This document shows positions 10,852-23,310 of a stretch of 64,000 nucleotides of DNA, piece by piece. Position 1 is the stretch's first letter. Each line of letters starts with the position of its first letter. Source of the stretch: Perna viridis (taxonomy: Eukaryota); NCBI GenBank assembly GCA_037379345.1, contig CM074520.1, positions 868,001-932,000 of the forward strand, written 5' to 3'. The translations under genes and the position numbers were made by a program. Below the pieces are notes generated by a model. It was not told where the DNA came from. It searched no databases and saw only the letters and a program-made list of their open reading frames with translations.

Positions 10852-12577
10852 GACCCTGTATTTCCTTGTTTTGTGAATTTTAATATTACAACTGTGACAT
10901 CTTATTACATTCATTCTTTCATTATAATTTTAAAAACATAAAAATGGCAAATATTACATTATTTCATATTCTAGTCCCACTTGTTAAGAAACATTATTAT
11001 CTGATAGCTATTCTAATTTTCATCTTCAACTGCATCATTTCATGACATTTCATATTAACAGTTTGTGTACCCTTTCGGTAAACAAAATGATTGGTCTAAA
11101 ATTAGTCGCTCCTACTCAAGTCTACGAACAACACGCTCCTCATATACGATGGTTTAATTTGAGCAGATTAAGAGTTTGATAACACTGTGCACAAATGACA
11201 CTAAACGAAAATCCATGCAAAATTAGTTTTTGTAAAGTATACTCCTTATCTGGGCCAATTATAGTAATCTCGTGGCAGAAAATTTCTTTGTTTGGCGATA
11301 TTGGTTTTATTAATACCGAAGTGACTTCTCTTAGCAACCTATTAATAATGAAGAGAAAGTATTCCGATGGCTTTAGTTGAATAATTTATAAATATACATT
11401 GTAAACTTTCATGTTAAACAAAACATTGACAAGGTAACATTGTCCCAGGTAAGACATATTCAGTAGTTTAAGATTCACATTGTCGCACATTAAAGTAAGT
11501 TTCTATCGTAGTTTGGTAAGTTAATATAGTTATCTATTATCTATATTTTAATCTTTCATTCTTAAAAAAATCTTTTAACTTCCATGCATTTGCCAGATTT
11601 TCTGAGCTCAGAATTCTCGTCTTCTTTTATCTCTTCAAAGTGATTACTTAGTCCCTATCCATCTCCCATGATTAAAACGCTCTTTCTACATAAAAGTGTT
11701 ACTTTTATATATATGAGAAGCACTCATCGTAGTGAAAATACATGTAATTGTACTTTAAACATCTTAAATGCTCGTGAAGTGCCATTTTTATTGGGAATGT
11801 ACGACGTATTTGAACAACAAATTAAATGACAAAATTTATTGGTTAATCACATGCATTATTTAAGTGTATTGCTTAGTGGAAAAATATAATCTTGAGTGAG
11901 TGTACGAAAATCTCAGCACGCATTTTGGAAACTGAAAAATTCTGTGATACGCGTAAGTTCTGTTTAGCTTTAAGATAAAGGTACAAGTAATTCATGTAAC
12001 GTGACAATACTGTTATATAAAAAAAAATGCAACAGTGGGCCTTGATCGTAGCCCAAAGTTTGAAATGAATAAATTTTTTAAGAAATGGCGAGGTGGTGGC
12101 TTAACGCGCTGTCCTTGTTTCATTAAAATTTAGAACTAAAAGCACATATTTAATACTTATCAAAAATAGATATATAGGAATTGTTGCTGGTTCTTCTTGT
12201 TTGTCTATAAATTTTTTGGGGGAAATCGTCATGCAATTTCATTTCGGAAATATAATATGCGATTCGATTTTGGAATACTGATTCAGTTTATGGTAACTTT
12301 TACAATCAACCCCCAAAGTGGACTTAATCCAGACTTTTAGCCTGTTTAATCATTTTCAATTAGTTTATAGAAGTTGAATGCACTGCCTTACTTAGTTTAT
12401 CAAAATAATCTACAAAGGAAGATTAATTTTGAAATGTTCCTACAACTTAGACATAAGCGTTTTCTTTTTATTAAAGCTAATAATGAAAGTTTGTGTATTC
12501 AATTAAGCCGGATATAGTACGTAGAGTTAAGAGGAAATTAAAAATATCAGCGATCAAAAGACTGTTGTGCACATGGC

Positions 12578-12655
12578 CTGGTCTTAGCAACGCAACGCTA
12601 ACTCCGTAACAACAACGCAGATTAAACGGGACACGTGTTCTTCATAACCAATCAA
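12578..12655 (+). promoter_or_regulatory. Putative TEX26 promoter with RFX half-site(s) and CCAAT box
   Basis: GTCTTAGCAAC (12581-12591), CCGTAACAAC and CCAAT (12648) in a CpG-rich patch about 100 bp upstream of the ATG. RFX control of motile-cilia genes is established. Confidence 0.5.
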
Positions 12656-12693
12656 CGTCTTCGTTAACGATTTCGGCGATAATAGGGTGAAAA

Positions 12694-12771
12694 ATGGCTA
12701 CTGCTGTGGATTACGGTGGGATGTATGCCCCAAACAATTCATTGATGGGGTACCTAAATAGAGACACTAGG
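12694..12771 (+). CDS. TEX26: TEX26-like exon 1 (MATAVDYGGMYAPNNSLMGYLNRDTR)
   Basis: AAAATGG start context, GTAAGA donor, phase 0. Confidence 0.78.
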
Positions 12772-12856
12772 GTAAGAAATCGATTAAATCTTGTTTATTT
12801 ATTTAAAATATAATCCCACAGGTTGATGAACTTACTTGTCAAATTTCCAATTTTAG

Positions 12857-13031
12857 ATTGGGGACGAAGTTGTAACCCAGGGCCTATCTAGAGATTTAGA
12901 GGCATATTATAATAAAACAGATTCAGCAGAGGACAAAGCTAAGGCGTTAGAACTATTGACGTCTCTTCGGGTCGGGAACGAAGGAAGAAACGATCCCATC
13001 CAACGTCCACAAACTGCGATGCCTTCTGTCG
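12857..13031 (+). CDS. TEX26: TEX26-like exon 2 (IGDEVV...RPQTAMPSV)
   Basis: TTTTAG acceptor after an 85-nt intron, open frame, GTAAGG donor. Confidence 0.82.
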
Positions 13032-15532
13032 GTAAGGTCAATTCGTCCCATTCCTCTTTAAAACCTATGTTTAATGTCTGTATTTTATGACAATGCTTTA
13101 ATTTGGGTGAAAAAAACTTTATGTTGGTGTTATCAATAGTGTTATCATAGTTTAATATTATATTGTTCTTTTTTTATGTCAACTTTATATAATAGATAGC
13201 AACCCAGCCTCTTTTCACAATTTTTAATCAATTAAAATTCGTTTTGTTTCTATTATCAAAACGTTTTTCCACTTCATTTTCAAGGAAATTTTTTCATGGA
13301 TTCTATCATGTCTAGGTATTTGTTTATGATAGCACTGTTCAGACTGCATTTTCAAACGACTGTAATTATCATTAGCACAATATATCTTATTGAATCCACA
13401 ACACTTAAATTCAGAAATGAAAAATAACCAAATAATTTTATGTTATTACAAGAGAGAAGGTGATTGCCTTGACGAGCTTTTCATGTTACATTAATTTCTA
13501 TTTCAACCCCGAGTTCTTCACACTGTGGTAGCTATGTAGAGAATTGAATTGTGAAATAAATTGATTATGAGCTATAGATGATGTTTGAATGTGAAATACT
13601 TCATGCTGATTTAATGAAATGAACCTTTAAGGTAATGATAAGTGACCAGTTTTGGTATTTAAATTATAAAAGTGTATTTCCAATTACAAACCCTTCATTT
13701 AACTGTTTAATGGGGCGGTGATTTTGACATACTATCATGTAGTGAGAATTAAATCACCTTCACACTTTAGGCACATTTAATTACAAGATATAATTACTTT
13801 GTCATTATATGATACCGAATCATTCATCCATTAAGTTTGTCATTTAGATAGGGTAGAAATTCTGAGGTGAAAAAGATTACTCAATTATATTTTGATGAAT
13901 TTTATGTCTCTGATTGTGGACTGATAAACATGAATCTAACTTGGTTATTAAGTTTTTTCATCCACTGTGCACAGTACCAAAGTTTTTCACATTAGGCCAT
14001 GTACTTGAATTATAATGTATCTGAATTGTCCTATTATTGAAACTTCAGTATTTTTTGCAAATTTCTTTGTAATGAAATGAAGATCCTGAAACTACACAAT
14101 AAGGCTCCAAATTCATTTCAACCCATTGTATATTCCTACAGACAGTACAGTTCAAAGTATTCAGATACTCAACACGTATAGGAACTATTGGTTTCCACTG
14201 AATGGATTAATGTTTAAATAAAATAGCTTTCTTTGTACTGCTAAGTAAATATTGGATAAAGGTAAACTTACATCACAAAAGGTAGATTAAGTTCTATCTC
14301 AATTCACTGACATATAAATGATAAACTCCATTTTAGACATTTATAAATCTCCATATTTTTGCATTCATTATATGGAGCTAATATAGAGATTTACATTGAA
14401 AATTTTTGACAAGCTTTTAGTCCACATTGTTGATGCCTTTGTCAAATGAAGTTATTCAGATTGTCAGAACATCACTGGGGCTCCAGTTCAACAAATGTAC
14501 ATATACTTTGAAAAATGCACTATATTAGAGGGAAAAGAAAACTTCATAAAATAAGTGATATTATTGATATTAACATCTGAATCCTTTTTATGACTTACTT
14601 ATTATGTTTTGGTGTGTTTTGATTGTTTATTTGTTTTTTTTTTTGGCATGGATGAGGGAATTTGTTGGATGTTAGTAAGCATTTAAAGAATTAATGACAG
14701 TCTTTTTAATGTCCCCCCCCCCAATATCTTAACCCTCCATTGATTCTATGACTAGTCACTTCATGATTGCTCAATATTAATTGAGACATCAGATACTTTT
14801 TTTCAAGTGCCATTATTAGACTTAAATCCCGATGTCAAGAGTTCATTCCCTGCTTCTATATTTAGTGAATTTAATAGAAGCAATTAAAGCTTAAAAATTT
14901 GATGAACTGTGAATGATACATTAAACTAATTTCTAGTTCTTATTGAAGGCTCTCATCCTTCTACCTGTATGAAATTATTCAGGGACAGGTATAACACAAT
15001 ATGGACCTAATTTAGACCCTATACATCAGAATTGATGGGTTTATAGTCATAACTTTGTTGTTGCCAGGATAAATCTGTATAGTACAGACCCATGTAAGAA
15101 CCAAGTAGTACCTGTTATATAAAACTTTGGAGAACTTTTAGTTGCTGTAATTTTCATTATAACCCTCAGATACATCCATTCACTTTGTTGTGCATATGTT
15201 AGGATGGACAAGAATGATATTACTGGTATTCATTTTTTATTGACTGCCATGCATTTTTCAAATTTACCACCATATTCAATGTCATACCAGTACAACCTGT
15301 CTAAAATTTCACCATGCTATTTTAGCACTACTCTTTGTACTAGGAATGTTTCCTAGCTAATGGTCGATTATAATTAAGAAAATCTGCCTCAGTAGTGGAT
15401 CTAGTGGCAGATTGGAACCCTGCCTATTTTTGGAAATTTTGAGCAAAATTTAGGTTCAAATGAGCAAATTATAGCTTGGGGAAAGAAACATTAAGAAAAT
15501 TTTAGATCTGTTTCAGCTGTGCCTGATTCTTA

Positions 15533-15672
15533 CATGAACAAAAGAATTGACACTATTGACCATGCACAAAAGAACTGACACTTTTGACCATGGACAAAAG
15601 AATTGACACTATGGACCATGGACAAAAGAACTGACACTTTTGACCATGGACAAAAGAATTGACACTATTGAC
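15533..15672. repeat. 28-bp tandem repeat x5 (TEX26 intron 2)
   Basis: CATGGACAAAAGAATTGACACTATTGAC units. Confidence 0.92.
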
Positions 15673-16500
15673 AATAAATCTTGGATGACTTCATTTTATA
15701 TGAATTCTTAAAAGTTTCCGAAAAACCGAACTGCATGTGCTGTTGAGTGCTTATACCTCTATATATACCTTTTGTAAATGCATCTTACTGTAAAAAACAT
15801 TTTTAGAAATTTTAATTTAAACTGACGATTACACTGTATCTCAAACTTCTAAACAATGTCACTATAGTGAAAGCTCATAAATCTAAAATTGAAATTTTCA
15901 AATTTTAATGATCTCTTTTATCATTTTGATAAGATGTTATTGTTGGATGTCTCTGTTTATTGAGACAATCCACTGTTGAACTAGAAGACTGAAGTGTACC
16001 TGGGCATTAAAGCATTTCATAAGTAGATGGTAAAATTGTCTAGTGAAGAATTTATGAAAGAATTTCTGGATTATATGTTATTAATTTCAGCTGACATTTC
16101 ACTAATCTTTAACAAGGTATTATGTTAATATTTGTGACAAAGTATCAGTTTTTGCTACTATGTTCAGACTTTTTTTCCAATATTAATTCCATTGGAAAAC
16201 ATAACCACCCCTTCTATGTTGTACAAATGTATAACTTCTTCTGTTGGGACTTGAAATAACCAAGATTGGAGAATATTAAAAAATATTAAAGTTATTACAG
16301 TTTATTGTCAACAGATTTTCTGACAGTATTATACAAAAAACTTTCTTCCTTAGTCATTTAATATCTTTCAGTTGGTCTTGTTATGTACATACATGTACAT
16401 GTGTACTTTAATTTATATCTTTAAAATACAGACATACAAAAAGTAATGTAAATTGAAATTACTTGGCCTGATTACTCATTACTATTTATCTCTTTTACAG

Positions 16501-16582
16501 GTCATTATCATTCCAACCCTTACACCACTTCATATCAGAGGGATTATCCCATCAAAGAACAGCCATTCACTGGGGCTACAAG
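16501..16582 (+). CDS. TEX26: TEX26-like exon 3 (HYHSNPYTTSYQRDYPIKEQPFTGAT)
   Basis: TCTTTTACAG acceptor, GTTAGT donor, phase 1 to 2. Confidence 0.88.
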
Positions 16583-16842
16583 GTTAGTACATGTATAGAA
16601 TTCTACCGGTGGAGAGAGAAATTTATTTGCGAAACATTACCCTATGTGGCTGTTTGTGTCATTTGATGAAATGTCAAAATTTTCAATCTTTCATAAGGCT
16701 TGTAAGTCTCATTTTGATACAAAATTTCTAATGTTGAATGCATTGAAAGATTAAGATCGATTGGTATTTAGTTTGACACTTCTGTGTACTTTCTATTTTA
16801 GTTAATTCCAAATTAATATAGTTAAAATACTTCAGCTGTATA

Positions 16843-17465
16843 TTTTTTATACTCCCCCCACATGAAGTAGTTAGGTATTGTGTAATACCCTATGAAAAGT
16901 TGTGTGTCCTCTGTCGTTCAGTCTTCCAATAGTTTCCAGGTGATAATTTTAGACTTTAAACTTTGTATAATAACATTGAGAATCATAAAATACAGATTTT
17001 TGAGGTATTATGAAGTTTAGATAAAGTTCATATTTCATTTTCAGTTCTGTTTTTCCTTGCCAAATTTTATTTTTGATGAGTTTGGCTTTTCTTTTATAGA
17101 ATATGAATAGATGAAATTTGTTTCTCGATTATTTACTTATCTTTCTTAGAATGCTAAAAAAAAATGTGAAATAAGTTCTGAGATTATGGAGTATGGATAA
17201 GCATTTGATTTTGAGTATGATTTTGTTATTCCTATGTGATGATTTGTAATTAAGCATGTGTTCATGGATATTAAAATACAACACAACATAGGGATTATCA
17301 ATTAATGTCTCATTAGATGGCATATTTTTATATTTTGTATCATTGTATTAATGCATAAGTGAATTATTATTGTTACTCTTTAAACAACCGCATCCCGAGT
17401 TTTTAAATGGGACCCATGTGATTAGGGTTCATGATGAGACTTGCATATCCTTTAGTAACAGTCTT
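16843..17465. mobile_element. Degenerate Helentron/HINE-like non-autonomous element
   Basis: Starts TTTTTATACTCCCCCCAC...GGTATTGTGTAATACCC followed by a decayed GTCC/GTCT-type tract, as recalled for bivalve HINE-like repeats. Similar remnants occur near 5277-5500 and 38905-39430. Confidence 0.4.
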
Positions 17466-17746
17466 ATAAAATCACACAGGAGGTGATTCATGCATGTCAA
17501 AAACCCACCAAATTCACTTGTTGTTTCTTATTCAGAAACATTTAAAGATCAAACAACCAGTTGTACTTTGTCATTTTTATCTAGATTTAATGGATTTGGT
17601 ACTTGAAAAATAAAAATTTTTAATCTTACATTGCCAGGTTTGCAACATTCAATTAATGCCAGAAAATAAATGCTAACATATTCTACTTTCACCAAAATGG
17701 ACAAAATACTGACAGTCAGATCTTGATTATGAAATATCTGTTACAG

Positions 17747-17894
17747 GCCTATGACCTCACATGGCTTTAGACCTGGGAAAATAGGCAAAACAACTTATGG
17801 GGAAGAATACCGAGAGAAACCAAACAGACCAGCTTCTCCCGTCAGGAGTGGGTCTTCCTCAGGGAACAGAAACAATAAACCACATCCTTTAGAG
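17747..17894 (+). CDS. TEX26: TEX26-like exon 4 (PMTSHGF...GNRNNKPHPLE)
   Basis: TTACAG acceptor, GTAAAT donor, phase 2 to 0. Confidence 0.92.
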
Positions 17895-18202
17895 GTAAAT
17901 ACAGTAATTCTTTTACGAGGTGAAGGGGTTCCATATTTTCATTATTGAGGTTAACAGAGGAAGCCTTCAAGTCTCACTTCTTCATGTTTCTGCTGTAATA
18001 ATGTAGATTATTAAATAGTATATTTATGAATTAGCTCAAAATAAAACAGAACTATTGCATTGATTCTGCTAATAATCTTACAACAGAAATAAAATATGAA
18101 AGGAAGGGAAGTAACTCACTACACTGGAATGAAAACAATCCATTGGGTTTCTTTATTTAAAAATCTGTTCTATTTAAATTTTGTTTTATTATCTATTTTT
18201 AG

Positions 18203-18353
18203 GCCTTCATGGTGTGGAGGTTCCCCTCTAAAGCTAAAGCAGAGCAGCATCCCAGTCCTTGGTCAGAGGCAGCCACTGATGACATGATGAACCAAGTCCA
18301 TAAACGCCTCTGTCAATCTACATATCAAACAGATTATTTAGGAATACCTCAAG
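18203..18353 (+). CDS. TEX26: TEX26-like exon 5 (AFMVWRFP...STYQTDYLGIPQ)
   Basis: TTTTTAG acceptor, GTAAGG donor. Confidence 0.92.
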
Positions 18354-18795
18354 GTAAGGAAGTGATAGGTAGAAAAGGGGGGTCGGATTAGTATATACTA
18401 AAGAAATTATTTGCCATGTCCAAAAGCCATTCTGTCAATACATTCATCAAACAGATTTAATTTTAGAATGCCTCAAGATAAATATGTGAAATGTTGAATA
18501 AGGTAGGTGTTTAGGTTTGGTGTATATGATAAGCATGATGAACCAAGTCCATAAACTTCTCACTTGATCTACATTTTAAGTAGCCTTTCATACTAAACCT
18601 CAAGTATATTTTGAAAATTAAAAGGTAGTAAGGATAGATTTTGGGTTGGGAAAAGATATTATGAACCCCTTTCAACATCTTTGCAAATCCTAGTTTTAAA
18701 CTGATTTTTTATCCCTAAAAACATTTTCAAGTGTAGAAACAAGTAAAGTTGAGAAGGATGGGAATAACAATCATGCAGGCATTTCCTCAGGTTTC
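18283..18795 (+). repeat. Degenerate ~125-bp tandem copies of the TEX26 exon 5 3' end and donor region
   Basis: CATGATGAACCAAGTCCATAAAC is identical at 18283 (exon) and 18534 (intron). TCTGTCAAT...ATCAAACAGATT...CCTCAAG recurs at about 18430-18478. Confidence 0.8.
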
Positions 18796-18885
18796 TAATA
18801 ATTAACTTATAGTACTTAACTGTACTACAAGAATGAATAGCTCATGGAATATTCTATAGAGAGTGTATTTATTTGATACTTTTAG

Positions 18886-19062
18886 GTTTTCAATTAAAGA
18901 GTGCCTACACTCTCCCCCCTGACTGGAAAGCTGATATACCATATACTTTAGACAGTGTAGCTAGATATTCCTACCAGAATCCTACACAACAAGAGGAACT
19001 TAAATTACCAGTTGATAGATATGGCAGTAATAAAAAGAAACATTTAGCTGTAGATGGCACAA
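18886..19062 (+). CDS. TEX26: TEX26-like exon 6 (FQLKSAY...RYGSNKKKHLAVDGT)
   Basis: TTTTAG acceptor, GTAAGT donor. Confidence 0.92.
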
Positions 19063-19316
19063 GTAAGTGGAGGTTATATTCCCTCATTGATGTTTTTCTC
19101 AATAAAGTCATTGGTCTTAGTTTGTGTTTTATGAATAGTTTGACAAGAGTAGTGTCTGCTCAAATCTTTTTTTACTTTGACAGCTAAAATTTGATTTAAG
19201 TTGTACTCTTTAATTGTTTTAATTTCACAATTAATTGGTAAATGAAGATATGCATGACATGCAGATTTTCAGTGAGTTGATCATTATTTCATGAATAATT
19301 TGTTGTTGTTTTTCAG

Positions 19317-19478
19317 TACCTACAGCATCCTCTAGATACAACCATATAAAACAGAGAACAACCTATGATAGACATTACAATGATAACTCAGCTCCTGTTG
19401 TACAACAAATTAAAGATGTTAGTCGCAGATTGGAGGCTGAAGCTCTGAAAAAATATTATGATAAAGCTGCAGTAGAAG
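19317..19478 (+). CDS. TEX26: TEX26-like exon 7 (IPTASSRYNHIKQRTTYDRHYN...YYDKAAVE)
   Basis: TTTTTCAG acceptor, GTAAGA donor. Confidence 0.92.
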
Positions 19479-20542
19479 GTAAGAGTTACACTTTATGTCT
19501 GTCTGTCTGTCTGTATTGCTAGCTTGTTTTAGGTGAAAGGGGGTAAGTTTGATAATTACACATTGCCTTGTTTTGAGCACTTTTTAAAAATGGCACTGGT
19601 TTTTGCTTGCAGTAAAATACTAGCGAATGTTATCATCTGTCATCAACATTTATATAATCTTTTATTTCCAATAGACAAATGACCACAAGACCACAAATAC
19701 CTTTTTTAGAGGTATTTAATTTTGTATGGTTACAAACTAAATTTTAAAAAAAATCACAATTAATGATAAAAGTTATTTGAATTTCTAAATATCTTTAAAT
19801 ATCCAAACCTGGGGATCCCATCAACTCAGGAATACAATCATTAATACAATAAAATGACACAAATGTGTATTTTTCTCAACGAACTTGAATAAATGTCTTT
19901 TATGATAGAAAGTCATTAACTAAATAGTGCCAAAAAATTATGTTGATAAAAGTTCAGTAGCAAGTACACAGTATTCACATTTTTATTTAACAACTAGGGA
20001 CCTGTGTTAACAAGTAATATATGTCTATTGTTTTCTTACTAATTTATTCCATTGACTATTAAACAGAAAACCTACAGTTCTATTGTCTGACATTGTTTTA
20101 TTTTTGTTGGCATTTAATGACATATTGTTTAGATCTAAATTGGTGCATCTGTTTAATAGTTTTCTAGTCTTGTTGAAATTCATAGGAAATAAATATTTTG
20201 ACAAATTTTAAATAAAAGTAGGTAGTAGGAAAAAAATCACAGGCTTTTTATTACTGTCACAATTTTTTACAACTTTCAACAAGTCTAGATGTGGATATGG
20301 CTTAAACCATGCAAAGGGAGATCATTCATATTTCCCATTTGTTATTTTTATCAAGTACTTAAAATATCTTTTCTTCTTTTTCATCAAAATTAGAATATCA
20401 GAGGATGTTTTCGTCTGTCCATTGTTATAACAGATTTAAAACTAACTATATCCTTTGCATGTTTTTTCCCATATATTTTGTTTCTGCATGTAATATTTGT
20501 GTGGATTTTTTACATCTTTGCTTTGTTTTTCTTTCCTTCCAG

Positions 20543-20919
20543 ACAAGGATACAATAAGGCGAATGCTGGATGCTTACCAAAGTGGGGAACCAGCTGCAAC
20601 AAAACCAGTTCATGTACCTGCTCCCCCTTCCGCTCGCCCTTCTTTACAGATGTCACACCGATCAAATCCTCCGAGTACTCCCATGTCTGATAAAAACAAT
20701 AGTGTTTCTATTAAACTTTCTGATAGAGGGTCAGTAAAATATAGGACACCAACACCTGCAAGAAAACCAGGCTCTCGGATAGCCGCTACTCCAATAACAG
20801 ACTTTGAACATGTTACAACTGAATATACAGTTCCAGTTCAAGTTGGGTTTCCAATGCAAGTGCCAATTCCACAGACCCCTGTATCGGCACCTTTCACCCC
20901 TCCAAATTTTCTATCTTGA
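20543..20919 (+). CDS. TEX26: TEX26-like exon 8a, terminal, Pro/Ser/Thr-rich tail
   Basis: Long polypyrimidine tract plus CAG, phase 1, DKDTIRRMLDAY...FTPPNFLS*. Confidence 0.82.
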
Positions 20920-21580
20920 TTTGATATTAAAGGACTAGTCATAATTTGTTATTGATTATATTTGTTTTACTTGCATTTTGCTTTTATACAAGAAGGCTTA
21001 TTCTTAATAGTGGCTAAAAATAGTAGTTGATTATGATTGGTATGTGTATATGTCTCAGAGTTCTAACACTCTTAAAGCATGTTATTGTATTGTTTTGTTG
21101 TCTATTTTAATTCATTTTGTGCACAATTAGCTAATTTTCAGAACTACATTAATGTGACTAATATAAACAATATGGTAAAGTAATTACAGTTTGGTTTATT
21201 TTTTACAATGTGCTTATTTATTTTGAATGTGGTAAAAAATCAATTTTTACAAGGTGACAGGGTTAGACAAACATAGTGTTTCAGGTACAATGTTTTATAA
21301 TTTAATTATGAATTAACATTATTTTATGAAGTAAAACCAGATTATTTTACTGAATTTTTAAATTAAAAGAATAATGCAAGCAAAATTATAATACTTGGAA
21401 ATATTTTGTAGTGAATTATAAAGAATGATGCATGTATTTTGTGAAAAAAAAATTGTATATGTACAAAAAAAAGAAGGAACAAACCAAACAGCAAAGTTAC
21501 AAAAAGAGCAACATTTTATGAAAGCAAAAAGTGCAAAATAAATGGAGAATAAAAAATGTATTTTTGTTGCCCTCTTTCAG

Positions 21581-21756
21581 AAATAGTTTCTCAGAATGTT
21601 GGAGATGATGAGTATGGCAACTATTACAGTGAACCAGCACCAAAGCTGAGAATGACCCAGAGGTCACCAGCTAATGGTGGCATCAAATTCCCACCTATAT
21701 ATCCAGTCAGTAAATTAGACAGAGTATCTGATTATGAGGGCCCAGTGTTAGTTTAG
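21581..21756 (+). CDS. TEX26: TEX26-like alternative terminal exon 8b (EIVSQNV...SDYEGPVLV*)
   Basis: CCCTCTTTCAG acceptor, phase-1 open frame, GC higher than the flanks, AATAAA signals downstream (about 22014 and later). Confidence 0.68.
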
Positions 21757-23166
21757 CTTCAATTTCTCCAGATTAGTCATCTACAGGAAAGGGATATATA
21801 TTGCTTGTTTTCCAGTTAATTATTTCTTACCATTTGACATATTAGAGACTAAAATAATCCACAAGTGTACTGAATGCTATAGGATTGAATATTATGAACC
21901 AGCAAAATAATATAATAGATATGCACTTTTTTTTACCTTGGAGTTAAAACAGTTCTGATTTTTTAAAAAGCCCCATAAACTTGTTTTGACACTGTTGCTA
22001 AAGTAATTTGACTAATAAAATGTGTAATAAAGAGTAATAAATGTGTGACACTATAGCCACATACTTCCTTTTATTATTTTTTAAATGTTATTTATTTTGT
22101 TATTTTTTTGTTGGCTTTATATTTTTATTTCCATGACCATCTGCAGTCTAAGGAAATAAACTTTACATTATAGCAAGAAAGTATTCTAAGAATTTTTCAC
22201 CATTAAAGGCTTTTCTGAATGGTTACTTTTATAGTCTGTCTTGACACAGTGCTGAAAAATTCTTTGATTTCAATAGCAACCACTTATTTGAATTATGTTA
22301 TTGATTAAAATATTATATTGTTAAGGAAATATTCCACACCTGTTCTACATATAAATAGTCAACTTAAAACAAACTGTAATTATAGCACAGCAATACAATA
22401 CTATGTAAAATACACAGCTTTGTTAAAACACTTATTGTTGCCATGATAAAATCTTGAACTTTTAACCTTAATATTTCGTTTTTTTAAATGTTTACCTACA
22501 TGTAGGTCCCATATTTAAGGTTAAAAAGAGAAGATTATACAACTGGTTGTTGCTAAATAATGCACTGCCAGAGTCAGATGAAGTACAATTTCTTTTTTCC
22601 AATCTTTTAACAATTTTGTCACTTGGTCATATTTCTAAAATTACAATATTACAGAAAATTAGGCCTACAATTAAAAATTAACTTAAAATCATCTATATAT
22701 TATACTACTGTCTAAAAACAGAAGCTTATATAGCACAAGTTCTATTAATGTGGCTATTTACCTCATGTTTTAAATACATTTAAGTACAAGCTCTTGTTGA
22801 AGTATAGATATAATGCATTTTAACTGTAAGTTATTCTCTTTGACCCAGTTTTACTCACATGATTCAAGTGAATATTCTAATTATATTTTTATGTTGATGT
22901 TTTATGTACTATGGTAGTTTGTGTTTATTTTTGTGTTCACCTAGAAACAGTTTAAGTTGTATAAATTAACTTACTTATATTGTCTATGTATGGTATAAAA
23001 AGTGCTACTAGCTTTTTGCTCATCTGTGAAACATTATTGTCCAATGAGATCCAAGCACCATCATTTATATATTTTTATCGATTTTCTATTGTTTAGACTA
23101 GTTTTTAATTTTAAAGGTTCCCTGGTTTTTTTCCTCAAGAAAAAGGAAAACAAGTATATTACAAAA

Positions 23167-23310
23167 TACAAGATATGCCCAAACCCACCTCCAGTATTAG
23201 AATACAAGGTATGCCCAAACCCACCTCCAGTATTAGAATACAAGGTATGCCCAAACCCACCTCCAGTATTAGAATATAAGGTATGCCCAAACCCACCACC
23301 AGTATTAGAA
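23167..23310. repeat. 36-bp tandem repeat x4
   Basis: TACAAGGTATGCCCAAACCCACCTCCAGTATTAGAA units. Confidence 0.95.

Larger units (their letters stand above)
12694..21756 (+). other. TEX26: TEX26-like gene: join(12694-12771,12857-13031,16501-16582,17747-17894,18203-18353,18886-19062,19317-19478,20543-20919) = 449 aa; alternative last exon 21581-21756 gives 382 aa
   Basis: All junctions are GT-AG and phase-consistent (1350 or 1149 nt). Motifs TTSYQRDY, KTTYGEEY, GNRNNKPHP..FMVW, STYQTDY, DWKADIP, RYGSN and RTTYDRHY line up with the recalled TEX26 (C13orf26) sequence. Confidence 0.85.
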
